Shown here: positions 39,399 through 49,491 of the stretch, one piece after another
Layout: each line of letters starts with the position of its first letter
Numbering within the stretch: position 1 is the first letter of the stretch
Program-made: the position numbers and the translations under genes
Source: a virus
Strand: one strand, 5' to 3'
Virus record (IMG/VR): IMGVR_UViG_3300021420_000018
Coordinates: 32,001-96,000 of that record
DNA: 64,000 bases
The notes under the pieces: generated by a model
Told to the model about the DNA's origin: nothing
The model's database searches: none
The model's input: the letters and a program-made list of their open reading frames with translations, nothing else

Positions 39399-40496
39399 TT
39401 AGACGGAAACGCCTTGCTTCAACCCCGCCATGACTTTGGCGATGGAATCAGCTTCGGATTGGTCGTCGCGAAGGGCCACGATGCGAGGCTGATACAAGCG
39501 GGAGCCGGTGAAGTTCAGAAACACGACTTCAACCAGGCTGCCAACTTGGATCCCTTTATCCTTGCCGATCATGCTGGCTCTGCCGACTTCGCGCAGCTTG
39601 CCGTCATCGAGCACGGCGAGCGTTGCTGAGTCGTGGCCCTTGTCGCCAATCCGAATAACTTCACACGTGCAAGACTTTAGAAACTTCAGCTTGAAATCCT
39701 GAGTGCTCACGCCGGCATGGTAGGGCATGTTAGTATTCTTGAATGCCGCGCCTTCTGCTCGTTCCTCTTTCAGGCATTTGAGCGCTTCCCTTTTCGCGAC
39801 AACCGTTTTCCATGTCGGAATCACGATGAAGTGCGAACGAGCCTTGCGCTTCGGCAGTAGCTCCAATAGCTCAAGCCGCTGCGAGTAAGGCGCTCCGGAG
39901 ACTTCCTTGCCGTTCGCCATGAAGATATCGAAGGCGATGTAGTCGTCGCCAACAATCTCGCCATCGAGGAAAAACGATTGCAGCTTGAGCAGGGCGAGAT
40001 CCGCGGCCAGCGCCTGGCTGACAGGCACAGGGTTGCCGAGTTTGTTGTAGCCGGTGTAGACGCCGTTTGCGTATCGCAGTTGTCGGCGCTGGCCATCGAT
40101 CTTTGGTTGCATGTAATAGCCCAAGGACTTCACATACGTCCCGGCATCTTCTTCGTTGATCTCGGCCAACTTCGAAACCGGAAACGGCGTCCTGTTGGTC
40201 ATGGGAGCAACCGGCAGCGGCGAAGATGGTGCCTCTGCCACTGTGCCGTTCTTAACCAGCGAGTACCCATCTTTCAACTTTCCGGCAAGGATGCTGTTGT
40301 ATTTCTGTTCCGCTTCCTCAAGTGGAAGAGGCGTAACTGTTCTAGTGCCGGGATGCAGCGTGTCGCCGATGCGGCCATTCTCGTAGTTGACGACGTAGCC
40401 GCCGTCTTTCTTTTCGAGAAAGAGCCGATATTCTTTGTGGGAACTTCCGCCTAAAGCCAGATCCGAATACTGCAAACGCACGCTCTTTATGCTCAT
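39399..40496 (-). CDS. WGR-domain ATP-dependent DNA ligase
   Basis: SHKEY...NGRIG...KLKDGY (WGR-like); QPKIDGQR; LDGE; AFD; EGAAFK; KLK; OB-fold LYQP. Confidence 0.85.
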   Translation of the reverse strand: MSIKSVRLQYSDLALGGSSHKEYRLFLEKKDGGYVVNYENGRIGDTLHPGTRTVTPLPLEEAEQKYNSILAGKLKDGYSLVKNGTVAEAPSSPLPVAPMTNRTPFPVSKLAEINEEDAGTYVKSLGYYMQPKIDGQRRQLRYANGVYTGYNKLGNPVPVSQALAADLALLKLQSFFLDGEIVGDDYIAFDIFMANGKEVSGAPYSQRLELLELLPKRKARSHFIVIPTWKTVVAKREALKCLKEERAEGAAFKNTNMPYHAGVSTQDFKLKFLKSCTCEVIRIGDKGHDSATLAVLDDGKLREVGRASMIGKDKGIQVGSLVEVVFLNFTGSRLYQPRIVALRDDQSEADSIAKVMAGLKQGVSV

Positions 40497-40530
40497 CTTG
40501 ATTCTCCCTTTGTCCGGTTCTCGGTCCGGG

Positions 40531-40836
40531 CTACCGTCGATCGATGTTGAACCAGGTCTCGCCCAACTGCTCTTTCTGATCCTTGGTCAGCATTTCGTTG
40601 AGTGCCTCGAACAGCTTGGCCTCGGGAATAGTTTTGGCGGCATCTTTCATAAGACCCGCCAGCTCGTTAGGGTTGAACTGCACCATCTCCAGTTTCTGTT
40701 TGTCGGTGAGTATCCGATTGAGAGTCTCAAAAAGTTTCTCTTCCCTCAGATACTCGGCGGCCGTCATGAATAACTCGGCCGTTTCATCTTCGGTCAGACG
40801 TCCCAGGTCGATTGATTGGGTCCCAAGTCTCAGCAT
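40531..40836 (-). CDS. Hypothetical protein with internal duplication
   Basis: AAEYLREEKLFETLNRILTDKQK and AAKTIPEAKLFEALNEMLTKDQK. Confidence 0.6.
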   Translation of the reverse strand: MLRLGTQSIDLGRLTEDETAELFMTAAEYLREEKLFETLNRILTDKQKLEMVQFNPNELAGLMKDAAKTIPEAKLFEALNEMLTKDQKEQLGETWFNIDRR

Positions 40837-41104
40837 TTTCTTTCTCCTTCGGTCGAAGTGACTGCATAGATCGCGGAAGCCGTGATACCAGCAGTAGCTC
40901 TCGCTCAGATTCGGACTCCTTCACTGCGCGCCCACCTGTACAATCCCTCATCGTTCAGAATCCACTGGCGACGTTCCTCATCGTTTGAAACCCTGGCGCC
41001 GTCAGGTATCGTGCCCTTACCGCCGTTGCCATCGTATCGGTAGATTGCGCCGAGGATGGCTTGATCCAGTTCTTTGCGGTGCTGTCGGATGAACTCGCGT
41101 ATGG

Positions 41105-41593
41105 TCATTTGACTGGAACAAGAACGCCGGCCGCATAGAACGGTTCTTTGACGAACGTACTCCGCTCCATGTCGTAATACATCGGCACCGGAACCAAGAG
41201 CTCCGGCATCGTGGCTATCTTTTCGATATCGAGTACGTCCGAGTGCCTTCCACGAAACGCTTTTGTCCACTCCACGTCATGTTGGTAGCGTTCGTTAAGG
41301 TAGGCGACGAAGGCCGCGTACTCGTCGGGCATCCAGTGGTACGGGTATTCGTGTGTGTGCCCATTGATTCCGTGGACTGCGGAGCCATCGCGCCACCGGA
41401 CGACGCAGCCATTCTGGCGAGCCAGGATGTCGGCCGCGAATCCGTCAGCAGTGCCGTTATAAATCTTGGCCATGTATTCAAGCGTGGAGGGCGAGCCGCG
41501 ATAGGTTTCGATTCGGCGAAGGCAGGTATCGCCGAAAACTGCATACTCTACTTCGTCCAAATAACTACACTTCCACTTGAACTGGATTGCCAT
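41105..41593 (-). CDS. Hypothetical protein
   Basis: AGGGAGAATC start motif upstream. Confidence 0.65.
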   Translation of the reverse strand: MAIQFKWKCSYLDEVEYAVFGDTCLRRIETYRGSPSTLEYMAKIYNGTADGFAADILARQNGCVVRWRDGSAVHGINGHTHEYPYHWMPDEYAAFVAYLNERYQHDVEWTKAFRGRHSDVLDIEKIATMPELLVPVPMYYDMERSTFVKEPFYAAGVLVPVK

Positions 41594-41867
41594 TTTTTGA
41601 TTCTCCCTTTGCGCTCTTCCCGGTGAGCACTACCGTGTTCTGAAAGCGTCTATCTCCGGATCGCCGTATCGGACGCGAAAAGCTTTCACCGCGGCGTTGA
41701 GAAGTTTCCATGAAGTTTGGGCAATGATGGTTTTACCGTCTGCGGTTTGGATAGCCACGCAAACCGCTGCATTGCCGCTCGTCATGCCGTGCGGCAACAC
41801 GCCGATGCGTCCTATCATGGCCATGTCAGGTGATGCGTTGTCTTTCAAATCAGACCACGGATCGGTG

Positions 41868-43007
41868 TCAAGATTCATGGTTACTTGTAGCGGCGTCATT
41901 CCCGGCACCAGACGCGGCGTGCGATTGTCGCCTTGCTCTGTCATTTTTGTTTGCCTCCAGTTCTCGAACGAAGTCGTCGTAGTTTAATAGGTGCGCGCCG
42001 ATATGGCCGACGCGCAGTTTGGGCCTGTAGACATCGGCGGTCAAGCCGCGCTGATGAGACCCGATCCAAATGGTGCGCATGTCGCCCTTCTCGTCACGGC
42101 TGAAACGATCCGAACGCAGATGGCGAAAGTGGGCCCGCACGTCGAATCTGACAGAGACGTGCCGGCCGGTCGGTGCGCTCCGCTGTAGATAACGGTACCG
42201 CGGTGCGTGGATGGACGTGATGTAGTAGGGACGGTCGGATTTCGGCAGACTCTTCAGTTCCGCGCCGTACTTCTGCCGATGCTCCGGTCTGATTTTTACA
42301 AACGTCACGTTCTCGCTCATCAAGAAATGGCACAGGTTCACCGACGCGTGGTAGAGCCGCTTGGTCTGCGCAATCTCTTTATCCGCCCACCCAGGAGGCT
42401 CGTTCTCTTGCCGATAACCGCTGCCGAACTGAGTCTTCGGCCAGTCTTTGGTGTCCATGACGATTGTGAACGTGTAACCTTCTTTTGTGAACCAATCCGC
42501 CGACAAGGTATAAGGAGCCGAGACCGTTGCTTCACGTGAAGCACTGGCAGCCAGTAGCCGGCTACTCTGATCGCGCAGAAGCACGCCGCGATAGTCGGAA
42601 CCGCCCGGGACCGGTTCTGCAAAGGCGAGGCCGGTCCTCAATGATTCCTTGTCCACGACGTTCAGCACGTGGTCGTAGTCGTAATGGAGACGGCCATCGA
42701 ACTCGATGAACGTCAGTGGATGCGGCACGCGAGGAAATGCCGTTTCATCCAGCTCCAGGTCGCGCAGTTCACTCACCTGATCGACTTCCAGGAAGTAGTG
42801 CACCGCTCGCGGCAGATCATTCTGAATGCACCAGGTGTGAACTACTTCCGGTTTCAGCTTGTCCGCTAGAGTCTTCAGATCAATCTGCCGGTATAGGCTC
42901 GCCACGTGGTGCTTGAAGTGCTGTTGGATGAAATCAAAGAACATATAACCTGCGTTGCGCTTCCCGATTGTAAATGCGTTGGCACGATTTGCACCGTCGC
43001 CAGCCAC
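41868..43007 (-). CDS. Hypothetical phage protein
   Basis: RVPHPLTFIEF...DVRAHFRH...IWIGSHQRG pattern. Confidence 0.65.
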   Translation of the reverse strand: MAGDGANRANAFTIGKRNAGYMFFDFIQQHFKHHVASLYRQIDLKTLADKLKPEVVHTWCIQNDLPRAVHYFLEVDQVSELRDLELDETAFPRVPHPLTFIEFDGRLHYDYDHVLNVVDKESLRTGLAFAEPVPGGSDYRGVLLRDQSSRLLAASASREATVSAPYTLSADWFTKEGYTFTIVMDTKDWPKTQFGSGYRQENEPPGWADKEIAQTKRLYHASVNLCHFLMSENVTFVKIRPEHRQKYGAELKSLPKSDRPYYITSIHAPRYRYLQRSAPTGRHVSVRFDVRAHFRHLRSDRFSRDEKGDMRTIWIGSHQRGLTADVYRPKLRVGHIGAHLLNYDDFVRELEANKNDRARRQSHAASGAGNDAATSNHES

Positions 43008-43100
43008 GCGAATCGATGCGCGTATTTCGTTTGTTGTAGCTGTGGCCTCGTGGACAGCGGCTCTTGAGTGCGTTCCTCTGGCTGAGCACTGGACGGTGAT

Positions 43101-43574
43101 TCACGATGCCCTCATCACCGCACGCAGTTTCTCCGGCGCTTTCTGCGTGAGACCTTTATAGTTCAGGTGAACCACGAGATGGTAGTAGAGACTCTGGCTG
43201 GCGTGAGCCTGATAGACGGCCGCTAGCCCTTGGTTGGCAACGCCTGGTGGTTCAGGACCGCAATCGAAAAAGGCACAGCCGAACGGTGCAACGTCATGGA
43301 TGTCACACCGTTCGTCTTTTGTTAAGTGGATGCAGGAGCCATCCGGTTTCGTGGCAGGAACTAGAGTGGGAATGCGAAACGACTTGCCACGCTTCATGAC
43401 CAGGGCGCCGGGAGAGGCCAGCAGGTTCTCTTCGGCCCAACGGAAAGGATCCGCGCCGGCTGGAATCATTCGCTCCAGGTCGGCAGGAATCAGATAGCCG
43501 GGCATCACTTTGCAGTTGAGCCGGCACATCTTGCAGCTACAGTTGGTACGTGGGGCACCGAACTCTGTTCTCAT
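43101..43574 (-). CDS. YkgJ-like cysteine-cluster protein
   Basis: CSCKMC..NC..MPG; CIHL...CDIH..APFGC. Confidence 0.65.
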   Translation of the reverse strand: MRTEFGAPRTNCSCKMCRLNCKVMPGYLIPADLERMIPAGADPFRWAEENLLASPGALVMKRGKSFRIPTLVPATKPDGSCIHLTKDERCDIHDVAPFGCAFFDCGPEPPGVANQGLAAVYQAHASQSLYYHLVVHLNYKGLTQKAPEKLRAVMRAS

Positions 43575-44078
43575 CGTGGGACCGCCTTTCTATCCGCTCG
43601 TTTGAAAGCCAGGAAGGAAACATCTTCCGGACTCAATCCGACACCTTGGAAGTTGTTGTTGCCGTTGAGCACAGCGAGTCGCTCGATCTCAACGGCATGA
43701 CGATAGCCAGGAGCCTCGCGTTCTTCCTCGGCGCACGTTATACAAATCGTGTCCGTGTTGAACTTCGACATCGTGGATGGAATGTGCGCGAGGCTAGCCG
43801 CACAGCGAACGCAGAACCGCGGCCACGCTCTCATGGCTTCTCCCCGTGGTAGTGCTCTGGCTTTCGATGGCTGGCAATCAGCTTCTCCAGCGCATTCCGG
43901 TACTGCGGATACCGTCTGAGCCAAAGCTCTACGCAGCGTTGTGAGCCAAGGACGACCGCAACGTCTCCGACTGGTTTGTGGCAACACGTCCAGCCGAATA
44001 CGAGTATGCCGTCGCCGCGGTCCTGGCCATAGATCGCTTGCTGGCCTTCTTCGATGGTGCCGCCGCAAGGTTCGCAGA

Positions 44079-44510
44079 TCATGCGCATTCACCTCCGCAC
44101 ATCAGCAGTTGGTGACGGCAGTTCGGGCATTCGGCCCAATCACAACCGTCATGGTGGTACTGCCCCGGCAGCACGTTGCAGTCGTGGCAGCGCACATTCT
44201 CCCTCGGACTGAACCGCGTCTCGGCCGTGTCGAATCGTTTTTCTTGGCCGTAAGGAATCGGATCCAGGAAGAAACTAATCTGGCCGCGAGGCGGGAGAAT
44301 GATCCCGCCCGCAGACTCGGTCTTGTGCTCGACCCATTCCACGTAGCCCAGGCGTGTATCACCATTGGCTACGTCATATTGCCAATCCTCAAGTGGGTAA
44401 GTATTGGGGCTGGCGATATTCTTGGTGTCGTCTTTGTGGAACTCGACGGGCACCTTGATGCACCCGTCTGCCGTGAGCATGTCTTGGTTGCAGGCTGGAC
44501 AGATGGACAT
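44079..44510 (-). CDS. Cys/His-rich mosaic protein
   Basis: CPAC...RCHDCNV..GQYHHDGCDWAECPNC. Confidence 0.6.
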   Translation of the reverse strand: MSICPACNQDMLTADGCIKVPVEFHKDDTKNIASPNTYPLEDWQYDVANGDTRLGYVEWVEHKTESAGGIILPPRGQISFFLDPIPYGQEKRFDTAETRFSPRENVRCHDCNVLPGQYHHDGCDWAECPNCRHQLLMCGGECA

Positions 44511-45355
44511 TAGGCCGCTTTGCCTTTCTTGGCCTTCGCCTGCTTCGCCGGCGCCGCGGGAGTGTCCAGCTTGATCGTGCGGCGCGGCTTCGGCGTGGCC
44601 AAGGAAGCAGACAGCGCTGCCATGAGATCTTGCACCGGTTGTGCTGTTACCGCGCTGACCGGCGTGGGTGCCGCGATGGACTTGTCGATCTTGGAAGCGA
44701 TCAACGTGTTGAGCCGTTGGTAGTAGCCATCTTCGAAAGTTTCGGGATTGAACTCAGAGTCCAGGCTCTCCGCAAGCTGCCTCGCCAGCTTCAACTCCGA
44801 TGCTGTGAGCGAGACCGCCTGCAGATCATCGAACTCTGCGACCTTGGCTATCTCAGTCTGATACCACAGGTAGTGAAGAATGAGACCGTTGCCTTGGGGC
44901 CGCAAGAGGATCATGTTCTCGCGGCCTGACTTGGTAAGCTGCGCGATTGCCACGCGGCCGGTGTCGGTCAGTGTCTTGACGAGTAGGCCGTAGGCTTTCA
45001 TGCCGACATCTTCCGGCAACAGATAAAACGATTCGGCGAGATAGAGCGAATCGACGTCCGACCACTTCACGCATTCGGTGATCTCCAGCACTTTGCCGCT
45101 CGCCGGCGTGATGCCTTCGATCTCTTCGTCGGTGATCTCGACGATTCGGCCATCGGTTTGGTAGCCCCTGAAGATTTCGGATGCTTCCAACATCTTGGAA
45201 CAGGCAGGGCAGTATTTCGGAGATTTTACTGCGCCTTTGCACTCCGTGTGGAACGTGTGCAGCTCGACCCGCTTATCCCGGGCTGCGACATTGAGATAGA
45301 CGGGGATATTCAGTAGCCCAAACGAAAGATGTCCCTTCCAGACTTTGTGAGCCAT
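44510..45355 (-). CDS. ku: Ku (NHEJ end-binding) protein
   Basis: VWKGHLSFGLLNIPV; YLAESFYLLP; AYGLL; ELKLARQL; FEDGY; DLMAALSASL. Confidence 0.93.
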   Translation of the reverse strand: MAHKVWKGHLSFGLLNIPVYLNVAARDKRVELHTFHTECKGAVKSPKYCPACSKMLEASEIFRGYQTDGRIVEITDEEIEGITPASGKVLEITECVKWSDVDSLYLAESFYLLPEDVGMKAYGLLVKTLTDTGRVAIAQLTKSGRENMILLRPQGNGLILHYLWYQTEIAKVAEFDDLQAVSLTASELKLARQLAESLDSEFNPETFEDGYYQRLNTLIASKIDKSIAAPTPVSAVTAQPVQDLMAALSASLATPKPRRTIKLDTPAAPAKQAKAKKGKAA

Positions 45356-45439
45356 TTCGATTCTCCCTTTTATTATTTTGGGCGCATTCTCGGCTGCGCC
45401 CTTGCCGCACCTGGACAGTGGGTTCCAGACCTGATGTGG

Positions 45440-45796
45440 TTATGGATTAAGTCTGCGATACTCCGTGTTCAACTTGTCGAAAAGCTGCCGAAGTTCAAAT
45501 GGGATACGAGCGACTCCCGGACTGATGGTGCCATTGATGATCTCCTTGCGAAAGACCAGCTCGAACTGCTCTGCTACCTTCGCCAAGAGATCGACTTTGT
45601 GAATGTCCAAACACATTTCGGCCGGAGGATAATACTCGACTTGGTTCCGCATTCCGTAAAGCAAACCGCCCTCTTCAGACTGCCGGCGACACAGAGGATC
45701 GTAATGCGCCCGCGCCGCTTCGAAAAGGGCGTCTACTTCTTCCGCGTCGAACTCAACCCTGGCCTCCGGCAGGTAGATCAGCTTTTGCAGCTTCAT
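45440..45796 (-). CDS. Hypothetical protein
   Basis: AGGGAGAATC immediately before ATG 45796. Confidence 0.55.
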   Translation of the reverse strand: MKLQKLIYLPEARVEFDAEEVDALFEAARAHYDPLCRRQSEEGGLLYGMRNQVEYYPPAEMCLDIHKVDLLAKVAEQFELVFRKEIINGTISPGVARIPFELRQLFDKLNTEYRRLNP

Positions 45797-45981
45797 GATT
45801 CTCCCTTTCTTGCTTCTGCTTAACCTTAACCGCATGCTTGCTGGCTTTGCGTTTCCACTTCTCCTCTCTAGAGATCGCCTCAGCGCTTATGTGCGAGCCA
45901 GCATCTAGTTCTTCTTTCGGAACCACGCGCCAACGGCGTTGCTGATTAGGCGGTACTCTTTTCATGGTTGCACTCTCTCTT

Positions 45982-46010
45982 ATTATAGGTTAGCTACTAC
46001 GTTATGTCAA
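45982..46010 (-). promoter_or_regulatory. Perfect sigma70 consensus promoter TTGACA-17-TATAAT
   Basis: Exact consensus read directly from the sequence. Confidence 0.9.
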
Positions 46011-47074
46011 TCGAACGTGATCCTGCGCTTGGGTTGCAGCACCACGAGTGTATCGAGCGCAGCTTTGATGTTTTCAAAGCCCTGCCTTACGTGTTCCCGC
46101 AGTTCATCATTGGTTCGCAGAGTCACAGCGTTGTGGCCGCCGATCAGGTCTTTCGCCCGATCGACCAGAACCTTCATCTGTAGATCGTTGCCGATGTTGC
46201 GCGGGTCAAAGGTCTCCAAGAACTGCTGGAACTTCGTGATTGAGCCGTCTTGGAATGTTTTCATTCGGCCTTCTTCGTTGGGCGCAAGTCTGTCTGCCAG
46301 GTGATTGACGAACTCCGACATGTGCCCGCGGAGCAGTTGTCTGTGAACTTGGGTCAGCTCAGCCCAACTCTCTTGCGCCTTTCTGCGTTCCTCGTCGGCC
46401 ACCTCTTTACTGATGCCGGCAAGGTTCGGTGCGCTATCGACGTAGACGAATCGCCAATCGACATGGAACGCTGCCATCAGCTCGTCCCTGGTCATGAAGT
46501 CGTCGTCGTTGAACAGAGGACCAAGCCGTTTGGCGGATTCTTCTTTGATCTCGTCGTAACGCTTGCCCAAAGACTTGATGAAAGGCTGGCAGGCCGCGAT
46601 GCCTTCCTTGAGTGTGGTGTTGACTTGCTCGACAAACGCGGTCGGCATGATATAGACGCCGCGCTTGATCTGCGATGGAAGAGCCAGGCGTTCGACGTAC
46701 TGGCGCATTTTGCCGTACCGCGACATGATCTCGTCCAACTCTTCGGCTTCGATCAGGCGCTTGGTCAGGTGCAACCATTCCTTATCGACTTGGGCCTCTT
46801 TTGCTCTGCCGCGGGTGTCTCTCTCGACATTGACATCGATGTTCGCGGTGTCTACTTTGCGGCGATTGCCGGTGCCGTGAAACGTGAGGACCATGACGAC
46901 TGATTTCGCCATGATGTCTTTCGGCGAAACAAACTCCGGATTCTTCGGCAGTTTGATCGCCGGCAACGGCGGCAACGGTTTGATTTTCTTTTTTGGCGGT
47001 AGCGGATTTGCCCTGCGAGCCCGGATCGTTTCCCATGCCTTCTTTGCTGCGGCGGTACGTGCTGCTGCTGTCAT
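46007..47074 (-). CDS. DUF3150-like protein
   Basis: LP...GVYIMP...AKRLGPLFN.DD....EL...F..DW...F..FLETF...NI.ND; start motif before ATG 47074. Confidence 0.7.
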   Translation of the reverse strand: MTAAARTAAAKKAWETIRARRANPLPPKKKIKPLPPLPAIKLPKNPEFVSPKDIMAKSVVMVLTFHGTGNRRKVDTANIDVNVERDTRGRAKEAQVDKEWLHLTKRLIEAEELDEIMSRYGKMRQYVERLALPSQIKRGVYIMPTAFVEQVNTTLKEGIAACQPFIKSLGKRYDEIKEESAKRLGPLFNDDDFMTRDELMAAFHVDWRFVYVDSAPNLAGISKEVADEERRKAQESWAELTQVHRQLLRGHMSEFVNHLADRLAPNEEGRMKTFQDGSITKFQQFLETFDPRNIGNDLQMKVLVDRAKDLIGGHNAVTLRTNDELREHVRQGFENIKAALDTLVVLQPKRRITFD

Positions 47075-47120
47075 TGTGATTCTCCCTTTGCCGGATTGTC
47101 GGCTCCGGCTGCCGATGTTG

Positions 47121-47522
47121 TTACCGGCCCTGTCCGCGCAGAATAGCGGCATCGAGCCTGGGTATGAGCGAATCGATCTCCTGCTTCGCTCGCATTGCAT
47201 CGTTGGCTACAGGGACTCCGTAATCGCCATCTTTGACATCCACATAGCCTTCGATCAGTTCGTTGATTCTCTCCATCGCCTCAGACGCCTGAATCATGGC
47301 TGTGAGCATGATCTGGTGAGTCTCAGCATCTGAGCCAAGGGAAAGGCTGAGGACCAATCGCAAAGCATCCTCGAATCGCTTCGATGGCTCACCAAGAATG
47401 ACAAACTCTTGAGGAGCCAAGTTGTAGCGATCAAGAAACGCGCGAATGATTCGTCGCGCTTCCGTTCGCTGTCCTGCCAGTTCTGTTAGATCGATCATGC
47501 GAACAGCCTCTTTTCGAGCCAC
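47121..47522 (-). CDS. Hypothetical protein
   Basis: Operonic within the AAA cluster. Confidence 0.5.
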   Translation of the reverse strand: MARKEAVRMIDLTELAGQRTEARRIIRAFLDRYNLAPQEFVILGEPSKRFEDALRLVLSLSLGSDAETHQIMLTAMIQASEAMERINELIEGYVDVKDGDYGVPVANDAMRAKQEIDSLIPRLDAAILRGQGR

Positions 47523-47797
47523 TCGTGTTCGGCTTTGAGCGCTGCGGCTCTGGTTGTGAACGGGCCCAGGATGGGGTTATCGACGTCCAGGTTGAACTGC
47601 TTGATCGCCGGCGACATGTCTGCTATCCAGCGGCCGGATGGCGTTGGCTCAACCAAGCTAGCTCTGGTGATCTCCATCGACGCGTCCGGGAATACGTCCC
47701 ATAGCGCGTCGTCGTAGATCGCCAGGATCGTGCCGTTAGGCGCGACTCTTAACTTGAACGTGCTCTGGCTTTTCATACATCTCCGACGTTTCAACAT
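47495..47797 (-). CDS. Hypothetical protein of the AAA/DUF1257 cluster
   Basis: ITRASLVEPT..G.WIADMSP....LGPFTTRAAAL.AE.EWL. Confidence 0.6.
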   Translation of the reverse strand: MLKRRRCMKSQSTFKLRVAPNGTILAIYDDALWDVFPDASMEITRASLVEPTPSGRWIADMSPAIKQFNLDVDNPILGPFTTRAAALKAEHEWLEKRLFA

Positions 47798-47942
47798 CGC
47801 TCACCTTCTTCCCGAGTCCTTCTTCGAACTCGCGAGTTAGTTCTTTGCACGACCGGCCCTTCACGCCCTTCACGGTAACTTTGGCGTTGCCGTCAGGCGC
47901 GATGCGGATGATCACCGTCTCTTCCATGTCAATCCTCCTCAA
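47736..47942 (-). CDS. DUF2997 family protein
   Basis: IRIAPDG...VTVKGVKGRSCKELT..FEEGLG....T.EMY. Confidence 0.8.
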   Translation of the reverse strand: MRRIDMEETVIIRIAPDGNAKVTVKGVKGRSCKELTREFEEGLGKKVSDVETSEMYEKPEHVQVKSRA

Positions 47943-48342
47943 GATTGATCTTGCGTTTTGGATTCAACTCCAGCGTCGGTACTTCCTGATCCTCGCGGAT
48001 GCGTTGCAGTTCCGCTTGTTGTCTGAGCCCTTTTCTGATGCGATCCACTTCCGCTGCCGTGGCAGGACGTAGACGTTCGGCGGCTTGATAGAACTCAAAC
48101 ACAGCCCATACGTGGTCGCACCACAGGTTCGACGATATGGACTGCATTCCATTGATCTGGCCATTCGGACAATCGCACCCCCAGCGGTCGTCCGGGCTTA
48201 AGGTGACGGTCCACCAACAGCTACTGTTGGCGAAGGCTTTCCATTTACGTTGGCCGAACTCGTTGACGTAGACAGGTGGGTAGAAACGACCGTCAACGGT
48301 ACGTGCCGCGACAAACTCAACTCGCGTGATTGTGTATTGCAA
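47929..48342 (-). CDS. SWIM Zn-finger protein
   Basis: WGCDCP...WCDHVWAV; ends PKRKINLEED. Confidence 0.7.
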   Translation of the reverse strand: MQYTITRVEFVAARTVDGRFYPPVYVNEFGQRKWKAFANSSCWWTVTLSPDDRWGCDCPNGQINGMQSISSNLWCDHVWAVFEFYQAAERLRPATAAEVDRIRKGLRQQAELQRIREDQEVPTLELNPKRKINLEED

Positions 48343-48360
48343 CTTTTGTTGCCTCGCAAC

Positions 48361-48768
48361 TTAAGTCGTGCGGGGACGAGTCGCAGTGACCGTGACGTAG
48401 CCCTGCTCGTCGGTTGTCGTCTTAACCTTGAAGCCTTTCTTCTTCCACTGCCTCTTGGTGTATTCGGTGGTGTAGGCTTGCTTCAGTCTCATCGCATCCT
48501 GCCCAACGAAGTCTTGAAGACCGTAGCCTCGATTGTAAAAATCAGTCTCCAGGCGGAAGCGGCCCGGGCGACCGGTTTCAGAGACGCCGATTTCCATCGC
48601 TTGACTGTTGTTAGGGACGCGAATCGCGTGCTGGCAGCGGCCGTTCTGTCCGGCGAACTGCCTGAACGTTTTCTGGCCCTTGATGTACTCCAATCCAAGG
48701 CTCTTTGCCGCTTCTTCAAGAGCGCCAAGATCGGTGACTTCAAGTTCTATCTGACTGGTGTGGCTCAT
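48361..48768 (-). CDS. DUF1257 (Ycf35-like) protein
   Basis: MSHTSQIELEVTDLGALEEAAKSLG...EIG...LKQAY...GF. Confidence 0.8.
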   Translation of the reverse strand: MSHTSQIELEVTDLGALEEAAKSLGLEYIKGQKTFRQFAGQNGRCQHAIRVPNNSQAMEIGVSETGRPGRFRLETDFYNRGYGLQDFVGQDAMRLKQAYTTEYTKRQWKKKGFKVKTTTDEQGYVTVTATRPRTT

Positions 48769-48778
48769 CTGTTGCCTC

Positions 48779-49147
48779 CTATTCGAGTGTGATTTTTCTT
48801 TTTGGCCTAAGAACTATTTCCGGTTCCTGCGGCTTCCTGCTTTCGGCACGATGATTAACTTCCTTTATGAGCTGCGCCTTTTTCCCTTCTCCTTGTCTGT
48901 GAAAGATGAACGCTTGAGCAATGTGTTCGCATGGTGGCGGAACCCATGCAGGCGTCCCTAGCGCGTCTCGTGATGCCGGCGTCCAGGAAGTCTCTTGGCA
49001 ACTCCCTGTGCCGCGTGCACCACAATCACACTGCCAAGTCTTGTCCGGGTTGATGCGGGCGATGGCTGGTTCGACATCGCCCCCACTGATTCTGCTGACA
49101 GCAAACTCTACGGTGCCGTCAGGATGTCGCCATACTCGTAGGATCAT
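48779..49147 (-). CDS. SWIM-like Zn-finger protein
   Basis: WQCDC...PCEHI; ends PKRKITLE. Confidence 0.6.
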   Translation of the reverse strand: MILRVWRHPDGTVEFAVSRISGGDVEPAIARINPDKTWQCDCGARGTGSCQETSWTPASRDALGTPAWVPPPCEHIAQAFIFHRQGEGKKAQLIKEVNHRAESRKPQEPEIVLRPKRKITLE

Positions 49148-49150
49148 CGT

Positions 49151-49489
49151 TCAATCCAGGTGGATGAGACGCCGCGTTTGGAGAACGAAGTACGGCTGTG
49201 GTGGCGGCGCGACTGCCGGTGCTCCAGGCCGCCGCCGCGTGGCTGATTGGAATGCGTGCTCTTGTGATGGAGTCGTGCGGGTTTTGTCCACAGGCTCCAT
49301 CAGCTTAACCTGCTCGATGTGCCAACAATCGGCACGCGGCCGCTGTTTGTTGAAGATCCAGCCGCCACAGCTGCATCCCCAGGTGCCGTCTACTTTCATG
49401 GCGACGACGCGTTTTTTGTCAGGCTCGCTCCGGCTTTCGACTTCCCACCGCGCGATCCACACACCGTTTGCTTCGAGTTTGTTGGGCAT
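49151..49489 (-). CDS. SWIM Zn-finger protein
   Basis: WEVESRS...WGCSCGGWIF...CWHI; ends TRRLIHLD. Confidence 0.75.
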   Translation of the reverse strand: MPNKLEANGVWIARWEVESRSEPDKKRVVAMKVDGTWGCSCGGWIFNKQRPRADCWHIEQVKLMEPVDKTRTTPSQEHAFQSATRRRPGAPAVAPPPQPYFVLQTRRLIHLD

Positions 49490-49491
49490 GT

